The notes below the pieces were generated by a model. That model searched no databases. It saw only the letters and a list, made by a program, of their open reading frames with translations, and was not told the origin of the DNA. 64,000 nucleotides of DNA from Nitrospirota bacterium (GTDB lineage: Bacteria; Nitrospirota; UBA9217): positions 192,001 through 256,000 of the forward strand of contig CAVVUN010000012.1 in assembly GCA_963751455.1 (NCBI GenBank). The letters are read 5' to 3'. A program made the translations under genes and the position numbers. Below, one piece after another: positions 30,377 through 41,745 of this stretch. The first letter of the stretch is position 1. Every line of letters starts with the position of its first letter.

Positions 30377-33300
30377 CTAGGTGTCCTGATGGAGGGAAGA
30401 ATAGATCTCTTGCGTGCGCCTGGAAGGTTCGAGCCCCAGCGCATCACGCAGGGCGGAACGGCAGCGTTGGTAGGTTTTGGCGGCTTCGGCCCGGTTACCC
30501 AGCTTGTCATGGCAGATCATGAGATGCTGATAGAACTCCTCGGATGCCGCGTCTTTCTCGAGCCCGAGCTCGAAACAATCGACAGCTCTTTTCCATTCGC
30601 CGTCATGCTCATACTGTTCGCCCGCTTTCGTTATGAGCCGGAGAAACTTGCTTCGCAGACGCTCGCGCGTGACTGCGCTCCAGGGATGGCGGGTGTCAGC
30701 AGGAAGGAAATTACCTTTGTAGATCGTCATGGCCCTTTCGAGCCGCTGCAGCGCTGCAGATTTATCTGCTTTGCTTTTTTCGTCATCACTCTGCATTGCC
30801 GTTTCAAACGCCCGGACATCCACCCAGCATTGCCTGAGATCCAGGCTGACCTGGCCGTTATGAAGAAGAACGACACTATCGCGCCCGATCAACTTCCGTA
30901 AACGCTGGAGTGCCATCTCAAACGACTTATGCGCCAGGTCCCCGGTTGCTTCAGGCCAGAGCTCGTCAACGATCCTCTCCTCACTCACATCCGCCCCCCC
31001 GAACGCGATCAGCACCTTGAGGAGGTCCAGGGGCTTTTTCTGCACCTTGCCTGAAAACTCCACGGTCTTGTCGTCGACAAGCAGTTTGAATCCGCCAAGG
31101 GTCAATATTTTTATTGGCCACGGCCAATTGTCGAGATGGAGCGGAGGGTCGTCGGGGACGAAGTTATAGGTACGGATCATTTTTTTCACATGTTCAATCT
31201 CGATATCCGACTCCAGCGCTCTCAAGCAGAGGCCGTACATGCGAGGGACGGGCGGCCACTCGAAACTGAAAACATATCCTTTTTCCCTGCCGAGAGCCAG
31301 ACCGTCTTTCAATAACGCCGTTCCTTTTTCCTGATTGCCGTCTTCAAATAAATAAGAGGCTTCGGTCAACAAACAGATAAATTCAAGAAAACCGCTTTTT
31401 ATCCCACGGGCTATCCGGTAACTCTCAGCCAGATGCTCTTCCGCCTTTTCCTTCTTACGCGCTGAGCGCAGGACCAGCGAAAGCGTACAATGACTGATGG
31501 CCTCCGGGTACCATAAGCCCATGGCCACTGCAATCGAATGCGCTTCCTGAAAATGAATTGCCGCCGCAGAAAGCTGCTTGGTTAATACAAATCTCCTTGC
31601 GAGCTGCCGATGATAATAATACCTGTCAAAAGGACGCGCCCGGTCAATCGTTGTTCTGAATTTTTCAATCATTGCTTCGGCGTTCGCGTTGTCGTTCCTG
31701 TCCATACATGCACCTATCCCCATGACCAGGAGCATATGATCCCACATGTGGACGCCGCTGTCGTTCGCCTTGTTCAGCCCCTCCAATACCGTCTCATACG
31801 AATCGCGCAAAGAACCGCTTGCACGCGAGAGCCAGCCGTCCGACATGCTGACGAGAATGTCGGCAAGAGGAGACAGCCCTTTCGTCGAATCCGCAATGCG
31901 TCTCATGATTTCGACTACGTGGTCCGCCTCGATAAATTCTCCCGTCCAGATATCAAAAGAAAGAAGATAGAAAGCTGTTATTATCCTCAAGCTGCTGTCT
32001 CCTTTGCCTTTCACGATTGCAAGCGCTTTTTCCTTCGCTGCAGGAAGCTTCGGATGATGCGGCTGCCTTAAGGCAAGAGCAAAAAACAGCGAGGAGGAAA
32101 CCCGGGCTTCGATTTCAGGACTGGGAAAAGAATAGGCAGTCTCAAGATCATCGAGAATGGAAATCCACGGGTCAAGTTGTCTTAAATCTCCAAGCTCATG
32201 GATAAGCGATTCAACGATGCCTGACCAGGAAAGATAAATTCCTGCCGTCTCGTTTCTGTCCCTGAATGAAGTGAATGACCTTTCAAATAAATCCTTTCCC
32301 TCGCTGAGATCGAAGGGCATCCGGCACACACCCATCCAGTATTGAAGCCATGGCTCCTGTTGAATGATGTCGGGAGGGAGATATTTCAACCACTGGTCAA
32401 GCAGTTGGAGCCTGCCTTGCGATATGACAGGTTTAGCCTTCGAAAGGATCAGCCCGATGAGACTTTTCCAGTCTTCAGATAATCGGTAAAGCTCAACCGC
32501 ATCTTCGATCTGACCTGATCTTTCGAGAAGCACGCCGGCCCGCCGCATGATAACAAGGAGTTCGTCATGCGGATAAACTTCCCGGGACCTGGACTGAAGG
32601 TATTCCCGGAAGAGAGGGTGATACCGAAAATGGACCTCGGATATGCCGTGCTTTTCGGTAAAAAAGTTATTGCGGCTCAAGCGCGCAAGGATTTGTCCGG
32701 CGCGCTCATTGCCGGTGAGTTCTTCGGCGTTGTGCACCGTCATGTTCGGCAGGAAAGAGCTTATGAGGAGAAATTCGCGGATTTCACCATTCAGGTTGTT
32801 CAGGATTTCTCCGGCAAAATACGCAAAAATATTTTCATGCGAAAAGTCTCCCTTGGGCTGCACAATATTGGAGCCGGTTTTCGATCCGCTGGTCATCAGC
32901 ACCAAACCCGCGGCCCAGCCCTGCGCCTTTTCGTATATCCCTTTAACCGCAGCCTGAGGGATTTTCTTGTTTTTTATTTGCAGCATGGCGCGCGCTTCAC
33001 GGTCAGTAAATCGAAGTTCGTCCCAATCAAGGGTTTCCATGCCGCTCTTTGCAGAGAGATCGGATAGTTGCACAGGAGGCGAGGTTCTGCTGAGGACCAT
33101 AACATTGAATTCGTCCGGAATATTCGACATCCCGTGCTTGATCATTTCGTGAAAGGGCGATGTTTCCGCTACATCCTGGTAGTTGTCGAAGACCAGGATA
33201 AAGCCGTCAGGGGTTCCCCGTGATGCGGACGAGGCAGCGAGCTTCAGCCTGCGTGCAGTTGAGAAGTGAGACGATGATAGGCCGAGAAACAATTCCTCGA

Positions 33301-33642
33301 AATATCTTCTCGTAAACGTCGGAATGCCGAGGCGGTATTCAGGCGTCAGGAGGGGCAGAGGTTTTTTGAATCGGGACGCGGCCTTCTTTGCCGCAAGGCC
33401 CATATAGTAGAAAAAAGTAGCGATGTCTGCATCGCCTTCGTCAAGACGATACCATAAGCAGGGAAGCTTCCGGGCATCAAGGTAGCTCGCAACGAGGGTT
33501 GTCTTCCCCGAGCCCCCGGGTCCTGAAATCCAGGTTACCGGCGCTTTTCGACTGAGGTCGAGCAGATGAAAAAGCCGGGAGCGCTCAAGGACATCCGATA
33601 TCCGGGGACGTGTTATCTTGGTAATGGCAGTTTTGTTCAGCA
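30377..33642 (-). CDS. MalT-like STAND ATPase with TPR region and C-terminal BTAD (SARP) domain
   Basis: KITRP..RSRL, GPGGSGKTTL, GWAAGL, FRYHPLFREYL, ILTLGGF..DELWP..WVDVRAF..LGLEPS; start uncertain (up to 33760). Confidence 0.9.
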
Positions 33643-33865
33643 TGCTATAGCGCATCGACCGGGATAGTTCTTTCCCCAGTGCATTATCAGCGTGAAGAAA
33701 GGCAAACGCAAAATCTTGGTGGGAATTCCAGAGAAAGGGGAAATATAAACGCTTCGACAAGCACCTTCATTATATCACTTAATCCGCGTCTTGCAAGAAA
33801 CATATTGCGGGGGGGCGGGATTGCGTGCGATTTGTATTTCGATACTTTAATTCGACGCCGGTCAA

Positions 33866-34006
33866 AGAAGATCAAACTGAGAGGTCTGTGCGAGAGGGAA
33901 AAAACCGAGTGAAGCGGGCGATCTTTTTCTCAAGGTCAGGATCCGCTCCCCTTTTTTGATAGGGTAAAAGGAATATTTGAGGAGATGAGTCAAACATTAA
34001 AGACCC
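33866..34006 (+). pseudogene. Degenerate copy of dnaJ 3' end (copy B) followed by a TIR-like end
   Basis: AGAAGATCAAACT..GGCGATCTTTTTCTCAAGGTCAGGAT matches 26603-26680; ends GTCAAACATTAAAGACCC. Confidence 0.75.
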
Positions 34007-34117
34007 TATATAGGTTGTTACGGACAGGACTGGTCGGGGGTCGGCGTAACCTTCCCCCGATCCTGTCCGTCTCGAAGTTGTTCTCACGCTGCATAGGTGA
34101 TTCGTCTCATTGATCTG

Positions 34118-34834
34118 CTAGTACCCAGGCGAAGAAACACCTCCCGTCGCCATTCCTCTCTCGCCTATTTGAGCACGCGTCTGCTCGGCCGCAGCCAGCA
34201 TCGGTTTCGAGTCTATTATTATCTGCTGGCCGTCAGCAATGGTTTTTTGGGCAACAGGAGTGATCGCATCGATTCCTGAAGCTGACAGGTCGCTCGATAG
34301 ATAGGTTTCTATCTCCTTTGTCCGAGACAGATAAGTGTTAACTCGCTCTATTACTCCCGTGCTGGGTCCCGCTATTTTATCGAATGTGTCCATGAGGCGG
34401 GATTGTCTCTCCTCACTGAGCTTCTGCAGTTGGGGATCGGAGTAGAACTTAGTCCACTCTCTGAAGTAGTCAGTACCTCTTGCCGTCATCTGGTCACTGT
34501 CCCTGAGGAACACTGCCGCGGCTTTATCCATTTTCAAAACATTTCTCGAATATTCATCGAAAGCTCTTTTTCCCTCAAGTGTCCCTTTCAACTGGATTAC
34601 CTGGTTCAGGGACGCGTTGGTCGTGTTAATCTGGGACGTCACGGCCCTGATGTCTCTTTCGACCGTCGCAATCGATGCTATGGTTTTATCCGCAGTCGTC
34701 TGGCCGAGTGATGTACCAGCCTGCGCTGGTGGTGCACTAGCCTGGACCGGCGCTGCCTTCTTCTCCGCACAGCCTCCGAAAAGCAAAACAGAACTGAGGA
34801 GAAGCACTATCGTTATTTCTCTTCGGACTATCAT
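34118..34834 (-). CDS. DUF2959-like helical lipoprotein
   Basis: LFGGC lipobox, AGGAG RBS, MTARGTDYFREW, YLSSDLSASGI. Confidence 0.7.
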   Translation of the reverse strand: MIVRREITIVLLLSSVLLFGGCAEKKAAPVQASAPPAQAGTSLGQTTADKTIASIATVERDIRAVTSQINTTNASLNQVIQLKGTLEGKRAFDEYSRNVLKMDKAAAVFLRDSDQMTARGTDYFREWTKFYSDPQLQKLSEERQSRLMDTFDKIAGPSTGVIERVNTYLSRTKEIETYLSSDLSASGIDAITPVAQKTIADGQQIIIDSKPMLAAAEQTRAQIGERGMATGGVSSPGY

Positions 34835-35021
34835 GATTGATCTCCTTTGTAACATACTTACCGTTCAGCAATTTACATCCATGCCATTTGAAAACGTATC
34901 CTACCTATATTATGACACAGCCTCTAAGTATGATTATCGCTGCTTTCTTCGTTCATCGTCCTTCAGCCGGGGACAAATTAGTTTCTAAGGAATCAAATTC
35001 TTCTCAAAACGGAAAGAAATT

Positions 35022-35140
35022 TTTCTCGCAAAGCCGCAAAGGACGCGAAGGAAAAGTTAAATCAAAAGCTTCAGTTCTTGGGTTTTAAAACCAGAATCAA
35101 GCCGTGCCCTTCTTTGCGAACTTTGCGGCTTTGCGAGAGA
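35022..35140. repeat. REP/MITE-like palindrome (CGCAAAG)n ... (CTTTGCG)n
   Basis: TCTCGCAAAGCCGCAAAG ... CTTTGCGGCTTTGCGAGA; related decayed copies at about 22186-22260 and 23847-23910. Confidence 0.7.
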
Positions 35141-35556
35141 TGCCTTTTGCTTCCGATTTTTGATTCCGGCTTGTCCGGGTTAGGGGTTTCTATTATGCTT
35201 TCCTTTGTCGACCCATTTTGAAAGACTCAAAACCCGATTGGTCTTGCGGCTTGATTTTTCTCATGGAACAGCTTTCGGTTGCAGTGATATTCTTTAAGTA
35301 TGAGAAGCTCTTTCGGAGCCGCTGCAGCACCAGAAAGGAGATCTCCAATGTTCACGGAGATTACGAATGGTACATCAAGCATCTGACAGTGCATTCGGGC
35401 CTGAAGTTTTGAGTTCCAGTTCGTGGACAGTATAGCATCCTGGTGCCGGCAGCACGGAATCGACGAGCCGGATGAGCACAAACCGCTCAAGATCGTGACC
35501 GGGAACGGGGCTTGATGTTTGACATCTATGTCAAGCTAAAGAATTGACCTTTAATG

Positions 35557-36114
35557 CTACTGCGGCTCATAGACCAGTAAAACATTACCTCCCTTGAAGG
35601 ACCTGGTCCTCACAAGATTCAATTTGATTTTTTCGCTGAACAGCGTCTTGCCAGTCCCCAAGGCAATGGGGTTTACCATGAACTGGTACTCGTCGATCAA
35701 TCCTGCGACGGCGAGCTGCCTCACTATGGTTCCACTTCCATAAATAACGACGTCGCGGCCTGTTTCCTGCTTTAATTTGCCGACTTCGCCTTCGAGGTTG
35801 GCATGAATGAGCCGGGAGTTATTCCAAGTGACCTTGCTGAGCGACGTCGAAAAAACAATCTTTTTCATTTGATTTATTCTGCCTGCAATTATTCTGTCTT
35901 CTTTTGAAGTAGCGGGGTCCAGCGCCGCCTTCGGCCAATAGCCCTCAAACAACTCGTATGTTATGCGGCCGAACAATATCGTATCGAACTGCTCAATCAT
36001 CTCAGTTGCCGCCTCATCAAATTCCTCATCAACGTTGTGCCAGTCTATTTCTCCTTTTGGCCCGGCAAAAAAGCCGTCAAGTGAAACCAGGTTGAACATT
36101 ACGACTTTTCTCAT
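35557..36114 (-). CDS. Dihydrofolate reductase / RibD C-terminal family protein
   Basis: SLDGFFAGP, LFGRITYE, YGSGTIV, IDEY..NPIALGTGK. Confidence 0.9.
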   Translation of the reverse strand: MRKVVMFNLVSLDGFFAGPKGEIDWHNVDEEFDEAATEMIEQFDTILFGRITYELFEGYWPKAALDPATSKEDRIIAGRINQMKKIVFSTSLSKVTWNNSRLIHANLEGEVGKLKQETGRDVVIYGSGTIVRQLAVAGLIDEYQFMVNPIALGTGKTLFSEKIKLNLVRTRSFKGGNVLLVYEPQ

Positions 36115-36411
36115 TTATTCCCCCCTTAATCTCAAGTAATGGTGCCTTTATACATAGTATAGGACATTGAGGATAGTTAGAAGGGAGAACTTTGGGGACG
36201 TTGTGGCCCGAGTGTCAAAAAAAATCAGTATCAAATCAAGGGCCAAATTCGGGGACGTTGTTTCTATTTATGCTTTCCTTTGTCGACCCATTCTGAAAAG
36301 ACTCAGAACCGAGCAGATCGAGCCTGTCGTTTCGAATCAAACCAGAACGAAATACCTGCAGGTATAATTTAATTATCAGGAATCTGAAAACCCTGATAAG
36401 GAGGTAATCAC

Positions 36412-36684
36412 ATGAGAAAACTGGTGGTAGGTACATTCCTGACACTTGACGAAGTGATGCAGGCGCCTGGAGGTCCTGAGGAAGACCGTAGCGGCGGGTT
36501 CGAACATGGCGGCTGGATAGTCCCGTATTCTGACGAGATGATGATGCAAGTCATGATCGAATGGATCCGGAGGGCGGACGCACTCCTGCTCGGGCGGAAA
36601 ACGTATGAGATATTTGCCGCCTATTGGCCACATGTTACCGAAGCCGATCCGATCGCTGCGAAATTCAACGCCGCGCGCAACTTC
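36412..36684 (+). pseudogene. DHFR/RibD-family gene, 3' truncated
   Basis: TLDEVMQAPGGPEED..LLGRKTYEIFAAYWP; homology stops at AAKFNAAR just before CGGGACGTAGTG (36685). Confidence 0.8.
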
Positions 36685-36712
36685 CGGGACGTAGTGACCG
36701 AAATGGACTATT

Positions 36713-37027
36713 CTATGCCGCTTTTTTCCCCTGTAGCGGTTTAATCCCATCTATTGTCTTTTTTGATTTCACCATCGCCCAGTAAAGATCGTAGTCGGCT
36801 TGGAGGCCGAGCCAGACATCCGGCGTTGTTCCCAAATAACGGGACAGGCGAAGCGCCATGTCCGGGCTGACGCTCCGCTTCTCGTTCAGAATCTCGTTGA
36901 TCGTCCGAAACGAGGTTTTAAGCGCCTTTGCGAGGTCTGTCTGTGTGATTCCGAGAGGCGATATAAAATCTTCTTTCAATATTAATCCGGGATGTGTGGG
37001 CGGTCTTTTCAACTGAAACTTGGCCAT
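36713..37027 (-). CDS. higA: HigA family antitoxin
   Basis: PTHPGLILKEDF..TQTDLAKAL..MALRLSRYLGTTPDVWLGLQ. Confidence 0.92.
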   Translation of the reverse strand: MAKFQLKRPPTHPGLILKEDFISPLGITQTDLAKALKTSFRTINEILNEKRSVSPDMALRLSRYLGTTPDVWLGLQADYDLYWAMVKSKKTIDGIKPLQGKKAA

Positions 37028-37119
37028 AAAATCTCCTTAATCAATCCAAGAACGAAATACAAAGTTTTTTGAGTCTTTTTTTATCCGTGCCTATCCGTGT
37101 TCATCCGTGGTTAAAACAG

Positions 37120-37182
37120 TTAATGATAATCCGTCACTTCGACTTCAGATGCTTCGCCGCTGCTGAACCTGAAAACGATATG
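37120..37182 (-). pseudogene. higB: HigB toxin C-terminal remnant
   Basis: Translates IVFRFSSGEASEVEVTDYH*, the typical HigB C-terminus, upstream of higA. Confidence 0.75.
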
Positions 37183-37189
37183 GAGAACA

Positions 37190-37210
37190 TTATAACACAT
37201 AGGGTTATAA
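37190..37210. promoter_or_regulatory. Putative higBA operator palindrome
   Basis: TTATAAC-N7-GTTATAA directly upstream of the higB remnant. Confidence 0.55.
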
Positions 37211-37332
37211 GGCAAGAACTATTTACAAGGATGTCAAGCTAAAGTACGATGCAATCTCCCGTCCTTATTGAAGACCAGGCCCGTCCTGTTTTTTATAAAG
37301 GGTGTATAATCGAAAAATAAAGGACGAAAGGG

Positions 37333-37719
37333 GTGGTTTATATGAAATCAGAAACCAGGACACCAGAACTGAAGCATTTCGAAAAGCCTGATGAGGTGAG
37401 AGAGTTCCCGAAAGGGAAGGTAGAGGTGGTAAAAATCGCCGAAAAATCGATCGGCCGGCTGAGCTTGGAGCCGGGATGGAAGTGGTCTACGGCAGTCCAG
37501 CCCATTGTAAAAACGAAGAGCTGCCAGTTCTCGCATTTTATTTATCAGATCTCGGGGACCCTGATGGTGCAGATGGATGACGGCGCCAGGATTGAGATAA
37601 AGCCGGGCGACGTGACCCTGGTGCCGGGCGGGCATGACGCCTGGGTTGTAGGGGATGAGCCGGTTCTTTCCGTGGATTTCCAGGGGATGGCCGAATATGC
37701 GCTGAAAAAAGCGGCGTAA
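37333..37719 (+). CDS. Cupin domain protein
   Basis: LEPGWKWS..SCQFSH..GHDAWVVGDEP. Confidence 0.88.
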   Translation: MVYMKSETRTPELKHFEKPDEVREFPKGKVEVVKIAEKSIGRLSLEPGWKWSTAVQPIVKTKSCQFSHFIYQISGTLMVQMDDGARIEIKPGDVTLVPGGHDAWVVGDEPVLSVDFQGMAEYALKKAA

Positions 37720-38104
37720 AGGAGCTCGTTCAGCGGAATAACCCGAAATCAAGGAAGCTTACGGGTCACCTCAATGGAATATGGTGATTCAGGTGAACTT
37801 CGGGAAATTGATAAAGAATACCTTAGCAGGAGCAGGGGGGCGCTTCTTTACTTTTGAGGTATGTCAGCTAAAGAAGCGACCTCCCCATGCTATACCAGCC
37901 ATCAGGCGAAGCGTGCCGGTTGCCTTCTAAGATTCAGAATCCGATTGTCTGCGGACTCCTCGGAACAGGGGTTCATGCTGCGCTGCCTATGATACACGAT
38001 GCAAGATGCATGATACAGGATGCATGATGGAAGCGGCGAAGCTCGAGATACCATTGTACGATATCGAAGTCGGACCACGCTAAGATATTTAGCTTGGTCC
38101 GATC

Positions 38105-38287
38105 CCTAATACTTTAAGTCAGTCCGTTCGTAATAATGCGGACGATAAGCAAGTTAAATCAAAGCAGGCGCCGACAGGGCCATCGTCTGAAGCGAGACTT
38201 CAGGAACTCAAGAATCTAAAGGCAAAAGGCCTGATAACCGGGAAGGAATACGAAGCAAAAAGAAACGAGATTTTAAAAAAATTATGA
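38105..38287 (+). pseudogene. 5'-truncated SHOCT-domain gene
   Basis: Frame reads ..EARLQELKNLKAKGLITGKEYEAKRNEILKKL*; no start, begins at the TGGTCCGATCCC end motif. Confidence 0.7.
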
Positions 38288-38547
38288 TACGACTGATTGA
38301 ATCGGATGTCGATTTCTAGTTGTTGCCCGTTCCTTGACTTTAGGAGTTGCATAATATAGAATCTTAGTCACCTGCTAGATAGCCCGTCTTTAGCCACGAT
38401 AGCTACTCATAGACACTCGCTTAATTTAACAAAAAGCAAGCATAGAAACGCGATCGGATCGAATAACAGAGGGGAAGCATTTTGAGGACCAACTCCCCCA
38501 AAGCTCTTTTCGGGATTCATACTTTGACATACCAGGAGGATTCTTAC

Positions 38548-41364
38548 GTGAACAGAGTGATCGTGATGTTAGTGTCGGTTCTTCTTGTAACTATGACTGC
38601 GTGCAGCGGAAAGAATGGAGGAGGGGGAACAACAAGTCAAGTAGGAGTAGGATTCCCGGTCGGCGGGACAGTAAGCGGGCTTTCGGGCGCGGGCCTGGTC
38701 CTCCAGAACAACGGCGGCGACGACCTCGCCGTTTCGGCCAACGGCAGCTTCACTTTCGGCACCGCGATGGCAGACGGCAGCAGCTATGCTGTCACCGTCG
38801 CCACCCAACCGACAGGCCAGACCTGCACGGTTAATAACGGAACCGGCACCATATCAGGCGCATCTGTCACTAACGTCTCGGTAGTATGCGCCGTGACATC
38901 CTATTCCGTGGGCGGTACGGTGAGCGGACTTACGGGCAGCGGTTTGGTCCTCCGGAACAACGGAGCTGACGATCTCAGCATAAGCAGCAGCGGTTCTTTC
39001 ACGTTCACAACCAATGTGGCGGACAATGCAGGATATACGGTGACGGTCAAGACACAACCTGGCGGGCAGACCTGCGTGGTAAGTAACGGCACAGGGACAA
39101 TATCCGGAGCGAACATCACGAATGTTTCGTTATCGTGCACGGACAATCCGTATACGGTAGGCGGCGCAGTGAGCGGTCTCACGGGCAGCGGCCTGGTCCT
39201 TCAGAACAACGGGAGAGACGACCTCAGCGTGACTGCGGGCAATTTCACCTTTACTTGGCGGCTGGCTGACGGCGATTCATATGCTGTTACGGTCAAGACC
39301 CAGCCCACGGGACAGTTGTGTGCAGTCTCGAACGGAATCAGCACAATCCAGGGCGCACATGTAACGGATGTGGCCGTTCAGTGCGGCGTTAATTTAGGTT
39401 CCGTTTCGCCGTTTTATCCCACGAACGGCGCAGACTGGAACGACTATGTGAAAAACAATGGAGGGACCGTTTACAGCGCTGACGATACGGCTTGTGCTGG
39501 AACAGAGACAGGAGGCTACAGCGCGTGTCTTCACGGCGGGGAGATGCGGGTGGCAACAGTTACGGGCAAGTCCTCCTGCACGGCGCTTACGGCCTCTGAT
39601 GCCCTCGGAGCATTCGACTGGACTTGTGATGCTTCGACCGGCGCTGCCAGGTTCATCTCAACCGGGCTTAAGAATGAAAAAAACCTTTCTGACCTTATTG
39701 ATTTCACTGCTCCCGGCTGGGGGGCGAACTCCGTCATCGTATATGACGGAGGGACCGTTTACGGTACAACAATGTCATCCGTATGGTGGCAGAATCCCGT
39801 GACCATTGACAACGACGGAGGCCCGCTCGATGCTGCCGGGACCATTTATGTCGTGACAAACGATGCCCTCGCTCAAGGTTACACGATAAACGCCTCATCC
39901 GTGGGCCTCATGGGAAAGCCCGGGGTGATTATCAACGGTCCCGGGGGAGGCTCCTATTCACGCGTCATAAAGGCGGATGGTTCGGCGGACGGCGCAAAGG
40001 ACTTTCTCTGGATAGAAGGCAGCGTGGATGGAGCTGGCGATGCCACAGGTATTTATCTCAATACCGTAAGATTTTCGGTCCTCAGAAACGTCGAGGCCAA
40101 CAAAGCAGGTAATGGGGTTTATCTTCTCTTTTCCGACAACAATAAGCTTTCCCGCATCGCTGCTTCAAACAACACCGACACCGGAGTCTGGCTTGACGCT
40201 TCGCGGAGCAACAGTCTATCGGATATTACGACCTCAAACAGCACTGATGGCATTCAGCTTCGCAGCACTCCGCCTGCCGGCAATCCGTATGCCATGCCTA
40301 CCGTCCATCCGCATGGCAACAAGCTATCGGGTATAACCGCTATCGGCAACATAAGGGGGCTCTATCTCCGCGTAAGCAACAACAACATCCTGACGGACAT
40401 TACGGCATCAGACAACAGGTACGGAATTTCTTTTGAAGACGCGGATCGCAACTGTCTGATCGGAATAACGGCTTCGAATAATACAGTCTACGGGCTTCAT
40501 GCCGTATACGGCTCATACAATACCCTGTCCCAGCTTGCAACCTTGAACAGCGGCACCGGGGTTTATTTTGACGAGTCTTGGTACAATACGTTTTCCGATG
40601 TAGCGGTCTCCGATAATGAGCACGTCGGGATCAAGCTCGACACTTCCGGTGGAAACAAATTCACCGGTTTCCTGAGGGTTGGAAATAATGGAGCCGGTAA
40701 CTGTTCCGTAACCGGAGCCACAAACCCGTCCGCGGGGCTTTTCAGCGGGTGCGGCAACAATGGTTCTTCCGACGCAGTTCTTTTGACCGGCGTAACTCTT
40801 GGTTCTTCCTTCAAAGGTAAAGAGACCTCGGACGACGCTGTTAATGCAAACGATACAAACGGTTCTGCTTCTTTCAGCAGTATTACCGACTGGACGGGGT
40901 TTGAGAACAGGTACAGAGGCTGGGGCAACGACGGGAGCGCATTCCCGAACGCCGACAACCGGGGACCGTGTGAAACAGGCACATGCCGCATATGGGATTG
41001 GAGCCTCACGAGTTCAGACACGGTGATACAGGATGTGCTGAGCTTCCCCACAGGCTCGGCTTATTTGACCCACGTGTGGTACGTAAGCCCTGCGCCCAGC
41101 CAGCAATCGGACTGTGACAACGCTGTACCGGGCTCCGCCTTTGTCACGGACCACTGCGAGAGCGCCTTCCTCCGCCGCGCGGTGGAGATCGAGGGCGACG
41201 GAATAGGAAACGATAATACACTTTGCGAATCGAACGAGACGTGCCTCTCTACCCTGAACATAGGCGCCTATCAGGGCCATGGAAACCTCGTAGATGCAGG
41301 CGCAATCACCGACGGCGCGATAACCGGCGTAACGCTCAAGAGATACCAGACAAACGGCTACTAA
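38548..41364 (+). CDS. Large surface lipoprotein: three Ig-like repeats plus right-handed parallel beta-helix
   Basis: AGGAGG RBS + GTG, MTAC lipobox, 3x VGGTVSGL.GSGLVL.NNG.DDL, repeated NN..GI.L..S.NN units. Confidence 0.85.
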   Translation: MNRVIVMLVSVLLVTMTACSGKNGGGGTTSQVGVGFPVGGTVSGLSGAGLVLQNNGGDDLAVSANGSFTFGTAMADGSSYAVTVATQPTGQTCTVNNGTGTISGASVTNVSVVCAVTSYSVGGTVSGLTGSGLVLRNNGADDLSISSSGSFTFTTNVADNAGYTVTVKTQPGGQTCVVSNGTGTISGANITNVSLSCTDNPYTVGGAVSGLTGSGLVLQNNGRDDLSVTAGNFTFTWRLADGDSYAVTVKTQPTGQLCAVSNGISTIQGAHVTDVAVQCGVNLGSVSPFYPTNGADWNDYVKNNGGTVYSADDTACAGTETGGYSACLHGGEMRVATVTGKSSCTALTASDALGAFDWTCDASTGAARFISTGLKNEKNLSDLIDFTAPGWGANSVIVYDGGTVYGTTMSSVWWQNPVTIDNDGGPLDAAGTIYVVTNDALAQGYTINASSVGLMGKPGVIINGPGGGSYSRVIKADGSADGAKDFLWIEGSVDGAGDATGIYLNTVRFSVLRNVEANKAGNGVYLLFSDNNKLSRIAASNNTDTGVWLDASRSNSLSDITTSNSTDGIQLRSTPPAGNPYAMPTVHPHGNKLSGITAIGNIRGLYLRVSNNNILTDITASDNRYGISFEDADRNCLIGITASNNTVYGLHAVYGSYNTLSQLATLNSGTGVYFDESWYNTFSDVAVSDNEHVGIKLDTSGGNKFTGFLRVGNNGAGNCSVTGATNPSAGLFSGCGNNGSSDAVLLTGVTLGSSFKGKETSDDAVNANDTNGSASFSSITDWTGFENRYRGWGNDGSAFPNADNRGPCETGTCRIWDWSLTSSDTVIQDVLSFPTGSAYLTHVWYVSPAPSQQSDCDNAVPGSAFVTDHCESAFLRRAVEIEGDGIGNDNTLCESNETCLSTLNIGAYQGHGNLVDAGAITDGAITGVTLKRYQTNGY

Positions 41365-41509
41365 AATTAAGCATCGGGGGAGCGCTGCTGCGCCCCCCCG
41401 ATGCCAGCTTAAGTTTCAAGTTGCAGGTTTCAAGTTTTTAAGAGATCGGACTTGGTAGCCGCAGGCTTCAGCCTGCGTACTTTTGAAGGGTTCCGGAAAT
41501 GCAAGGTAC

Positions 41510-41578
41510 GATATCGGGGTCGGACCACGCTAAACTACTGGTTTTCAAAAATTTATCATTCCAATAATAGGCATTTTC
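41510..41578. repeat. 69-bp dispersed repeat starting at the GGGGTCGGACCA end motif
   Basis: Near-identical at 57585-57653, partial at 38060-38085. Confidence 0.85.
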
Positions 41579-41600
41579 GGAGCCCATAGGGTCAGGTCTA

Positions 41601-41730
41601 CTGGGGTTGTTGCCTAAATCAAATTTGTGCTTCGACAGGCTCAGCACTAACGGAATAGTTTATGATTTCAAATGCAATGCCGTTCGCCCTGAGCTTGTCG
41701 AAGGGTGAACGGGGTTTAGGCAACGGCCCG
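41601..41730. mobile_element. 130-bp MITE with TA duplication, inserted in a RAYT terminal repeat
   Basis: GTTGCCTAAA...TTTAGGCAAC ends, internal TTCGACAGGCTCAG / CTGAGCTTGTCGAA palindrome; removal restores GGGTCAGGTCTACTTTGATG. Confidence 0.75.
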
Positions 41731-41745
41731 TACTTTGATGTCATT

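Noticed and set aside
35218-35510. Possible gene fragment (..FVDSIASWCRQHGIDEPD..)
   Set aside because: Interrupted by stops and no family recognised.
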